This document shows positions 43,843 to 56,823 of a stretch of DNA of 64,000 nucleotides, one piece after another; position 1 is the stretch's first letter; the number at the start of each line of letters is the position of its first letter. The DNA comes from Magallana gigas (Eukaryota): the NCBI RefSeq assembly GCF_963853765.1, contig NC_088858.1, positions 30,814,001 to 30,878,000 on the forward strand, in the 5' to 3' direction. Position numbers and translations under genes: made by a program. The notes under the pieces are model-generated. The model was given only the letters and a program-made list of their open reading frames with translations. It was not told where the DNA came from and did no database searches.

Positions 43843-46800
43843 TTACAGGACTGGACATTCATAGCATGTACATAATCGCTAGTCCAAGGTTAAAACGATA
43901 ATTCTTGATTAAAACTTTGCCTGGTTCCACATTAAGTTGTCATTAAAAGGTTTCACATACTAACCTAGTTTATTCTCTTTGTTAAAATAACCAGGCCAAT
44001 GCTATCCCTCCAATTACTTTAATTGTTCTTTAAGCTCACAGCTTTATTTTCTAACGAATTTTCTGTTTGAAATAGAAAACCACGTACATGTATTTACTTA
44101 AAAAGTTCATCTCCCTTTTTTGTTCTACTGCATAATGATCATCATTTGAATCATTTTTTTAATTTTCCTCCACTATTTATTCAATCAATATCTTATTTAG
44201 TAAGGAATCTCAATTTTTAATATTATTTGTTAAATCAATATATCCTATTTCCTAATTGATTGGAAGCTTATCGTAAATAGAATTTTTCTTGGTGTTTGTT
44301 CAATCAATTGCCACATCTCCCATTTGACAGACCTGGATTCCCCGGTCCGTCCCTCTTTATCGCTTTGTGTGATGGTGCAAGATGTTCTGATACACTGGCG
44401 CTCACGAAACGGTATATCGCACCAGAAAAGCTGATTTTAATCAAACTGTGTTAATGTTGCAGATCCGAAAAGTTTTTTTTTTCCTCTCAAACTTGTTAAA
44501 TCATCAAATGACGTGTCAATGACGTGTCAATTGTATGATACATTAATTTGCACACGTACATCAATTTTATAATGACCAATAAATTATACTCCATGTGTTT
44601 TTTCATCCTTTGAGACTGATAGTACATTTCGAAAGTTTGACAAGGTATAGTCACCATGTTTTTTTTTACAAACCACTTTTTAATATCAATGCGTTGGACT
44701 CTACACAAAAATTTTCAACTTCAAAGTTATATTACTTTTAAATTTAAAAAAATTAAGAATCAGGTAGCTGGAACCAATTTTTGTGCTGGAGAATTAATAT
44801 TAATGGTATCATCGATGACTTAGTTAATTCAACATCAGACAAAAGTTTTTGCCATGGTATCAAGATAACGAATAAGAAGATAACTTACTCACTTGACACA
44901 ACCATATAGTAATGCTGGACAGTTTAATGGATACTTATTTGCTATAACTTAGGATGATCATACACTGACACACCCTTCTATCAGTTAAGACTACATTTTT
45001 GTAAATCACTTCTAATTAACCTTAGTTCTGGAGCAAATGTAAATTTGTCCAGCCATATGTTTTGAAGGACTTAAATTTTTTACCTCTATCTCTAATTCAA
45101 TCCATGTCAATATGGATGAAGTATCTAACCAATACAGTCTTAAAACCTTTACATCGTCCACCGTTTATTCCCCCCCCCCCCCCCCTCTGAATAGTAATTA
45201 TCCTTTCCGTCATTCAATCAATTGGAGATCTTTTCATCCACAAAAAAGCCACGGAACATCATTACTACTTTTAAATAAAGCTTTGTCATACCCGGTAATT
45301 CTTCAAATGGTTAATCATTAAAACTCACGTTAGTTCAGAATTATCGTATATTAAGCTCCCATCCCAATAAATTTACAAAGTTAACGAATATGGTAAAACT
45401 ATACCAGTAAAACTCGGTTACAGCGAAGTCTTAGCGACCAATGGATTTACTTCTTTACATCCGTAATTCGTTATAACCGTTTAACGAATTCGTGATAATA
45501 AGTAAAGCAAATTCGCTATATAGTAGATGTTTTCTTCATCAGAATAGTACATTACTTGCTAATTACGGCTTAGAATGAAAATAAATTCTTTAGAAATCTA
45601 TTAAAACCGGATTGAAAATTGATGATTTTATGTGCGAATAATTCATTCAAACTATTATATCAAATGGTAGTGCTAACCTTTCATATTATGAGGAAATTCG
45701 TTATAATGTTCCTATATTTCGTTATTTTTTTTTTACCTGTACCTCAGTTCAGTTTGCTATATCTGTAAATTCGTTATATCCTCGTTCGTTGTTATAATGT
45801 TAGTTTAACTGTAATTCGTTTAGCATGCAAGTAAATTCACGAATTTCTCAGGGAGTAGAGAAGAAGGTGGCACAGTGAATCTTTGTGAAATATTGAGAAT
45901 CCCCATAAAATTATGAAATAAAATTTTATTACCTATAACTTAATACATTGGAGATTAATGAATGGGCATAAATATTGATAACTGAATAGCATAAGGCATA
46001 CTGTATTGATGTAATCAATTAATGGGTATTCATCTAACGCATCAGCAATCAACTTCTATAAAATATGCATACAATTACCTTATCAAAACTCTCTTGCGCC
46101 GTATAAAGTAAAGCAAAATCTATTCAGCGATACAGTTTGGCCAACCAATAAGATATTCATATTAAGTTATGCTTGGTGATGCAATTGTTGACCAGATTGT
46201 ACTATAAATAAATAATGCATCAATAAACCATCTCCCAATGTCAAATAGAAATCCCTGATTTATGATAGACATGACACCCAATTACCAACGTATTACCTAT
46301 AACATTACTACATTGATGTACATTGATATTGGGAAATACCTGCTATTTTACTGCGATTTCGTTTAAAGCAAAACCATATTTGTAACCAACACAACTTTAA
46401 TTGCATTGTTTAATCTGATATTGGAAGCGAGTTTTATATCTAATTCTTTTCGCCTTTTAATTTTACACTTTAAGGATCCCACTCCTCAATGCTGTTGTAT
46501 CAAGAATTTCTTGAGAAGTGAATCATTGAAATCAGTAAACAAAACATACTTTTAAAAATACAAAGATAAGGGAGGGGGCATATTCACCCCCCTGAGTTAT
46601 GGCTCATTTAAATTAACCTTGTAGCACCTAAAAGACAAATCTATATTTCTTCAAATATTGTTTTAATAATGGTCACACTCAATAGAGGGATTACGAAAAA
46701 AAACCGATGTTCATTCATTATTCCCCAAAATTGTGCGTAAGCAAAAAATAAATATATGTATTGTGTTCACGACATTTATTAGGGTCAAATGAAAACATTT

Positions 46801-47170
46801 AAAACGAATATACATTGTAATCTGTTTAATGAAAGATTTTAAATGGCGCTCTCTCATATATTTAAGTACGTGTTGTAAATGAATTCCCTGGATTTCGTGT
46901 TGATAGTACTAAGTGTTCGTGACGCACTTACGCATTTGGCGGTCGATTCGCGCGATTTAATCCCCTAAAATCAAATGACCACTCCATTGTTGCAAGCCAA
47001 TTTATTGTTAAATGACTTCATAATTACGAAATGTAGTACTGAAATGAAACCCGAGTGAATGAAAAGCCTTGATTTACCATAAACTGCAGATTAGCAAAGG
47101 TAATCGATCGGTGTCGTATTTCAACATAATAATCAAAGTGATAGAGGATTCATTTTTGCGGACGAAAAAT

Positions 47171-48448
47171 ATGCGACGTTCACGGAAGATTACGATTTGG
47201 ATGCTCTATGTTTTGATAATAGGGAGAGAATATGTTTCGTCACAGACGGGAACTGACATTAAGAACCTGTACACCTACCTCTTCACAACCCTCAATTATA
47301 ACAAGGATATACGGCCAGCGACTGACCAGACCGCCGCCACCGATGTATCAATGGAACTTCTGTTGACGGGGTTCCATGGACTCCACGAAGCCACGCAACA
47401 GATGAGTTCGATGGGGATTCTAACCATCAAATGGAAGGACGAGTTTTTGACATGGACGCCGTCATCTTATGGAGGGGCCACCTATATCGACGTTCCCCAG
47501 GGAAAGATTTGGAAACCAGATCTGCAGATTCAAAACGGTATGACTAGTTTTTCAGAACTGGGAGGCAGTTTCATGAGCTTGCGTATATTTAGTACTGGGG
47601 ATGTGTCTTGGCAACCGTATAAAGTGTTTAATACGAAGTGTTTGATAAACATCGCGTATTTCCCATACGACCGACAACAATGTTCAATAAAGATTGTGGC
47701 ATGGAACAGCGACAGTACAACGGTTAACCTAACGAAAGGAGCCACCCCGTTCACGCTAGACGACGAATTGAACGACGGTCAATGGGCCATTTCAGACCCC
47801 ACCGCTAACACCTTAGTTGACGATGGAAGTTCCTTGATAATATACAGGCTAAACTTCGTTCGAAAGCCGAAGGTATATATTTTCAATATCATACTTCCTA
47901 TGATATTCCTCGTTATTCTAGATATATTTACGTTTGCATTGCCGAATGACAGCGGTGAAAAGATGTCCTACTCCGTCGCTGTATTATTGTCGATATTTAT
48001 TCTCTTAACAGTTGTTTCTAGTATGCTGCCAAGTTCTTCAACAACAACGTCTTATTTGGAAGTTTATCTTCTTCTGGGTCTGACTCTTGGAACGCTGATT
48101 CTTATCATAGTAGCAATATCGCTACGAATCCAGCAGTTCTCACAGGAAAGACAAATACCTCAATGGGTAAGAAACCTTACCTTGCTCTCTTGGAAGTTTC
48201 AACGTCGAATGCCGAAAAGCTCGATTGAAAACGACGAAAGTCAGAATACAAAAATGGAAGTTGTAAGTTTTGCAGAAGTCGATAAAAAGAGTGAACAGGA
48301 ACCTGAAAAGAAACATGAAAGGGGAGATAACATTGTTGTTCTTTGGACAGATGTGACTTCAGCAATTGACTTTTACATGTTTTTCATGTTTTCGATCTTT
48401 TTTATAATTTCTACTGGAATTCTTCTTGGTATTGCTGGTTCAAGTTAA
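47171..48448 (+). CDS. Intronless Cys-loop ligand-gated ion channel subunit (nAChR-like, non-alpha type), about 425 aa, paralogue of 39783-41009
   Basis: Single ORF from ATG 47171 (or 47201) with Cys-loop CLINIAYFPYDRQQC, M2 GEKMSYSVAVLLS and four TM segments. The N-terminus QTG.D..NLY.YLF.TLNYNK.IRPA is shared with the first copy. Confidence 0.93.
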   Translation: MRRSRKITIWMLYVLIIGREYVSSQTGTDIKNLYTYLFTTLNYNKDIRPATDQTAATDVSMELLLTGFHGLHEATQQMSSMGILTIKWKDEFLTWTPSSYGGATYIDVPQGKIWKPDLQIQNGMTSFSELGGSFMSLRIFSTGDVSWQPYKVFNTKCLINIAYFPYDRQQCSIKIVAWNSDSTTVNLTKGATPFTLDDELNDGQWAISDPTANTLVDDGSSLIIYRLNFVRKPKVYIFNIILPMIFLVILDIFTFALPNDSGEKMSYSVAVLLSIFILLTVVSSMLPSSSTTTSYLEVYLLLGLTLGTLILIIVAISLRIQQFSQERQIPQWVRNLTLLSWKFQRRMPKSSIENDESQNTKMEVVSFAEVDKKSEQEPEKKHERGDNIVVLWTDVTSAIDFYMFFMFSIFFIISTGILLGIAGSS

Positions 48449-49062
48449 AAAAAAATTAACAACTTTTTCCTCATCTGAATTTAAGAAAAACAGAAATAAA
48501 GACTTACACATTTTAGGTATTTTTCTTGTAATGGAATTTTCTTTCCATAGACTAACAGTCATACAACTTTTTGGAATTATTTTTCGGTATTCTTCTATTT
48601 ATAAGTGATGTCAACTAAACATGATGTTAAACACCTAACGCAAATTTAATTTACCAAATAAATATAATTGATATTTTGGCCGTTGATGCTGATCAAAATT
48701 AAATTTTCATTTAATTAAATCAAATCTGGAAAATGTAGATTTTCACAGTATGGCACCCATGAAACATGACTTTACCCAAATGTACATTTACAATGATTTG
48801 AAGAAAACTTTTTTGTTTGTTTAACAAATAAAGTGTATAAACGTGATTAAAGTCTGAACAGGAAGAATTCCCCCGGGTTCGTCCTCGGATTAAATGATTC
48901 ATTTTCTTGTATTAAGCTAAAACAATGATATACACACGGGATTCAATTAATAATCATGCAATTAATCTTACATTTCTGTTGACAAATGCTAAAGTCCCAT
49001 TAGGAGTTCATCCGTGAACTTTTAAAAATATTTATGAATTCCTCTCAGCAAGATTTGTTTCG

Positions 49063-50134
49063 CAGGGAGGCGTGGAAGGGCCAGATAAAAAAAAAAATGT
49101 CTTATTTGTTCGGACGAATGAGGATTTGTTCGGACGAATAAGTTATATTTGTATATAAAACAGCATTTTTGATGAGTAATTTATGAGACTATTTGATCTG
49201 GCAATGATGTAGATGATGAAGTTGGAGAAAGTATGTCATCAAGCCACCTTTCCTTGAATGTCTTTTTTCCCCTTCAAATGATAACACATAAATGTTATAC
49301 ATGTACATGTACTAATCACTGATATTTTAAGAGTGTTAGAACAGTGGCGGCGGATCGAGACGGTGGGCGCCTCAATAATTCTGTCAAAAAAAAAATGAAT
49401 TTTTGAAAAAATCAGGACAGAATTGAAATTTAATAACGGCGATCTGCATTCATTTCAGCGGTGATGATAACGGTAATCTTGTTCAATGGAGCGGCGAAGT
49501 GTTAACTTAAATTGTTTACTCAGTCAAAAGTGGGGCATATTTACATGTTTCTGGCGTGTTTTGACAATCAACATGCATTGTCATTTATGTCTCTGGTTCT
49601 ATCAACTAATTATATATTTTATAATAAATTTGAATTTTCTAAGAACTAGATCCACACATGATGCACATAAACACAAACTTCTTTAATAAAAATGTGAGTT
49701 GCGTTATCTTGATTCACATTTTATGTCGTCAAAGGTGAAAAATAAAGAGTCGGTACAACTTGGTTTGGTTTCTTATATCGTGCCATCAAATAAGCTTAAC
49801 TGACAAAATGATTTATCAAATTCAAGAATAATTTGACACACTGTAGAACTGTCGATCAATTTCGCCGCCCCAACATTAAACATCTTTCGCCGCCCCTTTC
49901 TTTATAAAATATCTGACATATTTTGCTGCCAGGATATATGCTCAAGTCTCAAAATCTGTCAATAGTAACTATATATTATTTTTATGACAGAGCGCGAATT
50001 TTTTTAGCTACCTAAGAAAAACCGGCGTTACCTAGAATGCCTAACTCCCTCCAATCGGGAAAACCTGCAACTGCGCATGATCACGTTAACTGATTTAAAC
50101 TTTTCACATCTGCGTATCCATGATTATGAAAGCT

Positions 50135-50200
<66 letters not shown>

Positions 50201-50363
50201 TATTTATATATACTAACTAACTTATTAAGACCAAATACCATTTTTCGTCTGAACAAATAGTTTATTCGTCCTAACAAATAACTTATTTGTCCGAGCAAAT
50301 CGTAATTCGTCCGAACAAATAAGATTTATTCATTTTTTCATCCGGCCCTTCCACGCCGCCGTA
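49063..50363. mobile_element. 1.3-kb composite TIR element with TTGTTCGGACGAA subterminal repeats, an internal (CT)n tract (50138-50196) and a probable nested element from 49342
   Basis: The left end GGCGTGGAAGGGCC...TTATTTGTTCGGACGAA is the reverse complement of the right end TTCGTCCGAACAAATAAG...GGCCCTTCCACGCC. Confidence 0.7.
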
Positions 50364-51304
50364 GTTTTGCATGGTGGATTGTTTTTTTCCCCCGAGATAA
50401 TTATATTGACATTACTTTTTTAAGTTGAGATATCAGATTTTTTAGTAGACCTGTCCGATTTTCCTGTCAACTTGCCTGCTCTCTATGTCGAATTGAAAGA
50501 AAATTATCAATAACTCAATAATTCATTACTTAAACTATATGCTATTCTACTTGTCATCAGAAAATCTTAAGAAAATAAAACCCCCATAAAAACCCGTAAC
50601 ACAACAAAGATCTAACAATACCTGATTTAAGTCTGACATAATCATTAATTTTTCTCCGGCATTGATATATCTAACAAATCGACATGAGTGTCCAACAAGT
50701 TACCGTCATCATCTTACTGGTCAATTATTGTAACGACTTTGAGGTAAATGCTAATAATTTGTCAAAATTTTCGCTATATTATCAGATTTTTTTGTCGAAT
50801 CATCAAAAAATATTGAAAAAAAAAATAACTGGATGGCACAAATTGGAATTATTCTCTTCATATTTTCCTTTCATTAACAGAAAATGATCGCGAAAACCTA
50901 CTGCATCGATCACGTTTTTCTATGTCAACAAATTAACAAACTACAATCTGGAAGCATTGTTTGACTTTGTCACTATGCCAAAAAAATCTAAATGAATGTT
51001 TATATGGCATCTAGTTATTAAGGTCAAATTTGATTAAATAGGATTAAGCTAAATGCTGATGTGTTATTTTCATGAGTAATATCTTGGTCCACTTTTTAAA
51101 CTACAGTAATTCAATCCCAATTAAAGATTCTTTGTTATATTGTAGGAGTTGTGTTTTTAATAAACTGTTTTACCAAATAAATGATTTAGGAGAAGCTCAT
51201 TTACTTATTTTTGTTTAACTTTTTTAAAAAGAAAATTTCACCAATTTTTTATAACTTTTATTAACATAGAAATAAAATTTGAATTTTCCTCATACACATG
51301 CATC

Positions 51305-51384
51305 TTTTTCCCAAGTCGAGGGTTTCTGATCCACTCCGTTCTACATTGAGCGAGACGGATCAGAAACCCTTGAGTTGGATAAAA
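51305..51384. repeat. 80-bp hairpin palindrome
   Basis: ttttcccaagtcgagggtttctgatcc pairs with ggatcagaaacccttgagttggataaaa; further pairing occurs inside the loop. Confidence 0.75.
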
Positions 51385-52043
51385 TGCCACATTCACACCA
51401 CGTATTACGAATAGATTAAATTAATTGGAAGCGCCGATAACTTTTATTAACAAAATCCCTGATACAGCTAATCTCATCCTATAACTTCATCGGATGTAGG
51501 TCTCACAACCTCGCTGAAAAAAAAGCAAAACAAACATTTATTGACATCAAAGTGTTTAAAAGAAATTGGAAAACAATATATTGACTTTATTAGTTTTTAT
51601 TTGACATGGTACTGTTAAAAATCATGGATTTTCATTTTTTTAAAAATAAATTTTAAAATCGTAAACATTAAAAAAAAAGCTTATAATTTAACATAGCAAA
51701 ATCTTAATCATTCCCCTCAATTTTATACGGTCCTCCACACACCTGGAAAAAATTCTGCATACAAGCTTATTCTTCTAAATTACTTACGGATATAGATTTT
51801 TAGCATGTGTTCGACTTGAAAATGACCAAAAAAAAAAATCTATTTTGGTAGAAAAAATAAACTTTTAAAATTTTACTGCTCTTCATAAAAAATCATCCAT
51901 ACAGTATTTGAACTCAGGACCTGCGGGTTGGTAGACCTAAGCTACATTCAATGCGCCACACAGTGAAAAGGAAATAGACTACAAAAATTTGCCGATATAA
52001 ACTGTTTCACAATGCGTTAAAATCGCCATGTTGTGACGTACTG

Positions 52044-52640
52044 TCATACAAAGAAGAGGTCACGGGGTGTCGAGGATTCTTGATAAATTATTTTTTTTAC
52101 ATGATTACACAGAAAAATCTTTTTGCAATTTGAAGGTTTTTCAAAGAATTCAACATCCGATTTAACCACAAAATACTTACAACACAAGATGGGTTTATGA
52201 ACCTCGACATTTTCAATAATCATCACTTGACAACATTCCATCAACTGACAATCCTCATCAAATGAAGAGAAGTTTTAGGAAAAATTAACAAAATATTTTC
52301 CCTCACTTGGAATCTATACAATCTATTCACTATCTGCCTCATAAATATCCACATATTTTATGTTGTTGTTGTTGTCAACGATTTATGAATAACGCTCCTT
52401 GTTTTGTAACTTTTATAAAAATGGATTATCAAACATTTAACATATTCTTCAAAACGATGTTTCATTTTTTGAGCAATATCAAACGTTTTTACATTCGTTG
52501 TCAAATCATACTGTTATAATGATTACAATACACATATTAAAAATATCAATTCCCTTTTCAACATGTTCTTTCTTTTATTGGATCTTAACATATTGCAAAA
52601 CTTGTTCTTATCCCAAAACTTCACCGATTGTAATGTCTCC
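52044..52640 (-). pseudogene. Degraded coding-like fragments (pseudogene or transposon-gene remnant)
   Basis: Acceptor-like sites (ttttag at about 52640, aacag at about 52510) are followed by protein-like frames interrupted by stops (EGDITIGEVLG*EQVLQYVKIQ*KKEHVEK; YDLTTNVKTFDIAQKMK; DEDCQLMECCQV...CKKIFLCNH). Family not recognised. Confidence 0.3.
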
Positions 52641-53261
52641 CTCGCTAAAACAGAATACAGAAAGATTAAAAGATTTAAAACAAATAAATTCTGATAATTT
52701 TTTTTATATATTTAACCTATTTTTGGTACAACTTTTTCATAAAAATTAGGGACCACTTTACTTACCTGAATGACAATAACTTTACATAGAAAAAATGCAA
52801 TACACAAAAAAATCCCACAAGTAATGTTTCACTCTTGTTCGTACTGAAAAAAATACTTAAATGCCGCCATGTTCTGGAATTAAACTGTATCTTACAAAAA
52901 AAATAGTACAAGTTGGCTTTATAGAAGAGCAGTTTTAAAATGCCCCGCCTTATTTTCATTCCTTCTTATTTCCCCAGTGGTATGAAGACTAGCCATTCAT
53001 TTAACAATCTTGAAAACCCTTAACTGCATGATGCTTTTTGCCAGATTTGGTTTAAATAAGCAAATTAGTTCTACAGAAAATAAAAATGAAAACAAAAATG
53101 ATGACAACGGCGACAAACAAGGGACACAATTTGATTAAGGCTAATAAACGCCACTTGCTCAGGTCAAAAGGAAAAAAAAATATCGCGTTGGGTATTTGAA
53201 AACTGTTGGAATTCTTAATGACATATGTCCTGTTTAATTTCGATTACAACAAGCCCATTAC

Positions 53262-53489
53262 TTACGGGTCTTCACATATATAGTGAAGAGCTGTATGACA
53301 GTCAGAGTCCAACCATTTAAAATGGAAATGCCGGTCCACCATTAGACAATGTTCGGCATTGTGACTGTTATCCGGTTGTCCGTGTAACCAATTGGTGTAG
53401 TTTATGGATTGGCCATATGGTTCCCATACCCATGCGCCTTCTGTTGTCCAATCTGAGCCTCCTAACCAGTACTGTCGTGCTATGCGGAA

Positions 53490-53574
<85 letters not shown>

Positions 53575-54753
53575 TTAGATTATTCTTCATTCATAGATTT
53601 TTTTTAATGTTCAAGTGAATTCAAAATTAAATTGTTGACAATTCTATATCGCAACATGTAAGCCAAAAGAAAATATGATGAACACAAATAATGAGATTTG
53701 AAGCGAAGGTGGTTATTTTATGATATAAATAATAATATAGTACCATGGAGTCCTTGAATCAAGTTTTGTACAAATGATTGTTCTTCAGCAGATTCGACAC
53801 GCACTAGATAGCCTCCATGTAACTCACACATTCTCTAGGTATAAAAAATAAAGAAAGAAAATGTTCATAATAAAACCCCCCAACACCCCCCCCCCCCAAT
53901 AAAAGAAACCACCAAGCAAAATAAAAAAAAAGTTCTTTAAGTGTCCATCGAATAAAGATGCATTATTATTTCATTATAACATTATCTTTAAGAGAAGCAA
54001 GTAACGCGATCTTGAAAAAACATTATCCAATGTAATGAATCTAGTTTTAATGCATGATTTCACTAAATAAAAACTGTTTAATTGTATCATGTATTTAAAC
54101 TATTCTATATAAGTATAAACTTATTGAACAGCCACATATACTATAGTAACAAGGTCGGGGTGAAGGACAAAACGAAAGCGGCATAAAAATTGTGATCGGA
54201 CTTATCAACACATTCATTTGGCTAGCTGTTTAGTTCTTTTATTTTCTTAAGTAAAATTTGTTTTATATCCAATGTACATTGTACTTTAAGAAGTTCGAAC
54301 ATATCCCCCTCCCTCCCCCCAAAAAACTTCACATGAAAATACATAATCACATTAAAAAAAACAATGTTCTTATGTTTTTCTTTAATTAAAATTGCTTATT
54401 ATTTAAAAGTTGCATACTAGCATCTAAAATAAACAGTCTGCTATTGACTTGAAAAAAGTAGATGATATTGATGTCTATCTTGCTATCATTTCATAAGACA
54501 TCAAATAGTTATCATCTATTCCGTTTCACATACCGTGGCCTCTACCCAGGACGCCGTATCACGACTAACATGGTAACAAGAATTCTTGTTCACTGTCCAA
54601 CCATTCCGACAGCCCGCAGCTGAAAACAAATGTAAATAGCTTAAATGAAAAATTTAGTTTAAAAAAAGGCACTTAAAAAAACATAAATGTGAATCAGAAT
54701 AGAGCGTACTGACCGATAGTACTAAATAGGACTACGACGAGGCCCTTTTCCAT
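53262..54753 (-). CDS. Secreted single-CRD C-type lectin, perlucin-like (copy 1, QPD/WLD)
   Basis: Exons 54753-54714, 54619-54534, 53834-53744 and 53479-53262 (phases 1,0,1). Protein MEKGLVVVLFSTIAAGCRNGW...SCY...YWLGGSD...EGAWVW...QPDN...EHC...WLD.DC...YICE. A short additional exon is possible. Confidence 0.9.
53492..53571. repeat. (TA)n microsatellite, about 40 units, abutting a lectin splice acceptor
   Basis: Direct read. Confidence 0.95.
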
Positions 54754-55670
54754 ATTTAACGTGGCAACAATTTGCAACAGACGTGATAAAGAAATTCACA
54801 GAGGGTTTTCACTGATAACGGTGAATTGATAAAAGAATTGCTATTGTTAAGTATTTCGCAGACGTATGTATATGTACGCATTAGTATTAGATAATTACCA
54901 AATACTTATCTGTGTAAAAATATTAGAAAGTTTGGGGAATTAAGCACTGTCTGACAAGTGCTTAAATTAAGAAAAACACTGGCCTTAACTTTCATTTTTT
55001 TATTCCTCACTAGACATTCCGATTCTGAAGGAAAACAGTTCTGAAGGTTCTGCAATCAAAATAAATTCAAAAATATTAAGCATAATAAAAAACATATTTA
55101 GATCAAATATTGGACTGTAAATGCAAAGGCATGAAGTCACAACAGTAATTCAAAGCTGCTTTGCCCGATTTTATATATATTTTTATGTTTCACAATGTTA
55201 GGTACGCTTTAAAACGATTGATATTTTCAACAAATGTAAATTGGTAGACATTGTAGTAGTTTTCCCGGTCATTTAAGCATAACAAAACAAACTTTATATA
55301 AAACAGTACCCCGTTATTTCGTCAAAGACAGCATGGCGGGTGTGATTGTATAATGACCTAGACATTCGTTTTAAATAATGAACAGAAGCTTTAAGTAATG
55401 TTTTGGCAAATAAAAAAAACATTTGTGCATTGTTTCACCCATCTGTCTGTAGTTTTGTTTGTTTAGAGTTGGTGCATAATAAGCGGGTTGAATCAACCGG
55501 AGTACGGGTGGCATCAACCGGAGGACGAAACCAAATTTTTTCCTTTTCTTAACACAATTATGATGCATTCCTTTTGGGGGTTTATTTGTGTTCCTATACA
55601 TAAATTATTTTAAATTACTTCGAATAATTCTGTGAGAGGAAACCGACTGTATGAGACTGGTGTAATTAGC

Positions 55671-55743
55671 AATCAGATCACCTCGACCTTTTCCGTCGCA
55701 CTTTTTTCTAACGTACGACGGTAAAGGACGGGGTGATCCGATT
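55671..55743. repeat. 73-bp hairpin (28-bp imperfect stem, 17-nt loop)
   Basis: aatcagatcacctcgaccttttccgtcg pairs with cgacggtaaaggacggggtgatccgatt. Confidence 0.7.
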
Positions 55744-56823
55744 AGTATAATAAAGAGGTTCAACTTGATTTGTATAGAAAATTATTTATTCTGTTGTAGC
55801 CAAAAAATCGGACTTAGCAGCTTGAATGTATAGTAAGCCTTCATTCGAGTATATATGTTCAGGTTAACAGGTTTTTATGAAAAAATGACAATAACAAACC
55901 GTGAACCATCTCAAAAATTAATATTCATGTTTAGATTGACGTGCGTACAATGCATCCAATAAACGCACACTGTAGGGGAAGGGGAAAGGGGTGTGAGAAC
56001 CAATATTTGTAAAATCGAATAGCGAGGTCAAGCTATACCTGCAGTTATAATATGTGTCGAACAGTTAATCGTGCTTGTGCGATTACTCAATTAGATTCGG
56101 AAGTCGACATAGAATATGAAAGTTAAATCCGTTATATAGTGTGCAAAAAATGTAGGAAGTAAGATATTGTCCTCTTCTTTTTTTTAAAATTAGTTTAAAT
56201 AAATGTTTTATTTTCACTAGATAACAATTCTCCATTATGTTCCATTAAATGGGATGGATATAAAATGTGTTTTTGGTTTCATATAGTGTTTTAGGTCAAT
56301 GTCGTGTTTTTTAACAAACACATCATGTTAAAAATAAGTTATGAATATGAAATAAAATTCGATAACATATAAAAAAATCACTTGTATCCCACTCTATAGT
56401 CTGAGATATGTTAATTAATAGAACAAAACTGTTTTAGGCAATGTCTATCTTTATTCATAGAAGTAGAAGTAATTTCATTCCTATCCCAAAACTTCACTTG
56501 ATGTAGGCTTCATTCCGTCGCTAAAAAGAGAACGATATAAATTATAATGGTTGTATATTTTGTTGTGCGAAAAAGCTGTATATTGTGATCCAAAGGAATA
56601 AATAAAAATCTTATTCTAATTAAAATATTGCTTAAAAACATTAATTTCAACAAAATTACTTGTAAATAGTAAAGTACTAGGTGCGGAGGTTCGATACTGA
56701 TGATTGATAATTGTTAGCCTCCCAATAATTCCAATCTTTGAGTCAACCATTGTTCTTATTCTATAAATAGAAGTAGAAACCCTGCACTCTATAATGATGT
56801 TTAATACTGCTGGTTTCCCAAAC

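Noticed and set aside
44770-45110. Coding-like minus-strand fragments (QNIWLDKFTFAPELRLIRSDLQKC...)
   Set aside because: Too short and too disrupted to assign; no splice or ORF support.
46021-46320. Possible LINE reverse-transcriptase remnant on the minus strand
   Set aside because: All frames are broken by stops and the motif order does not match RT domains.
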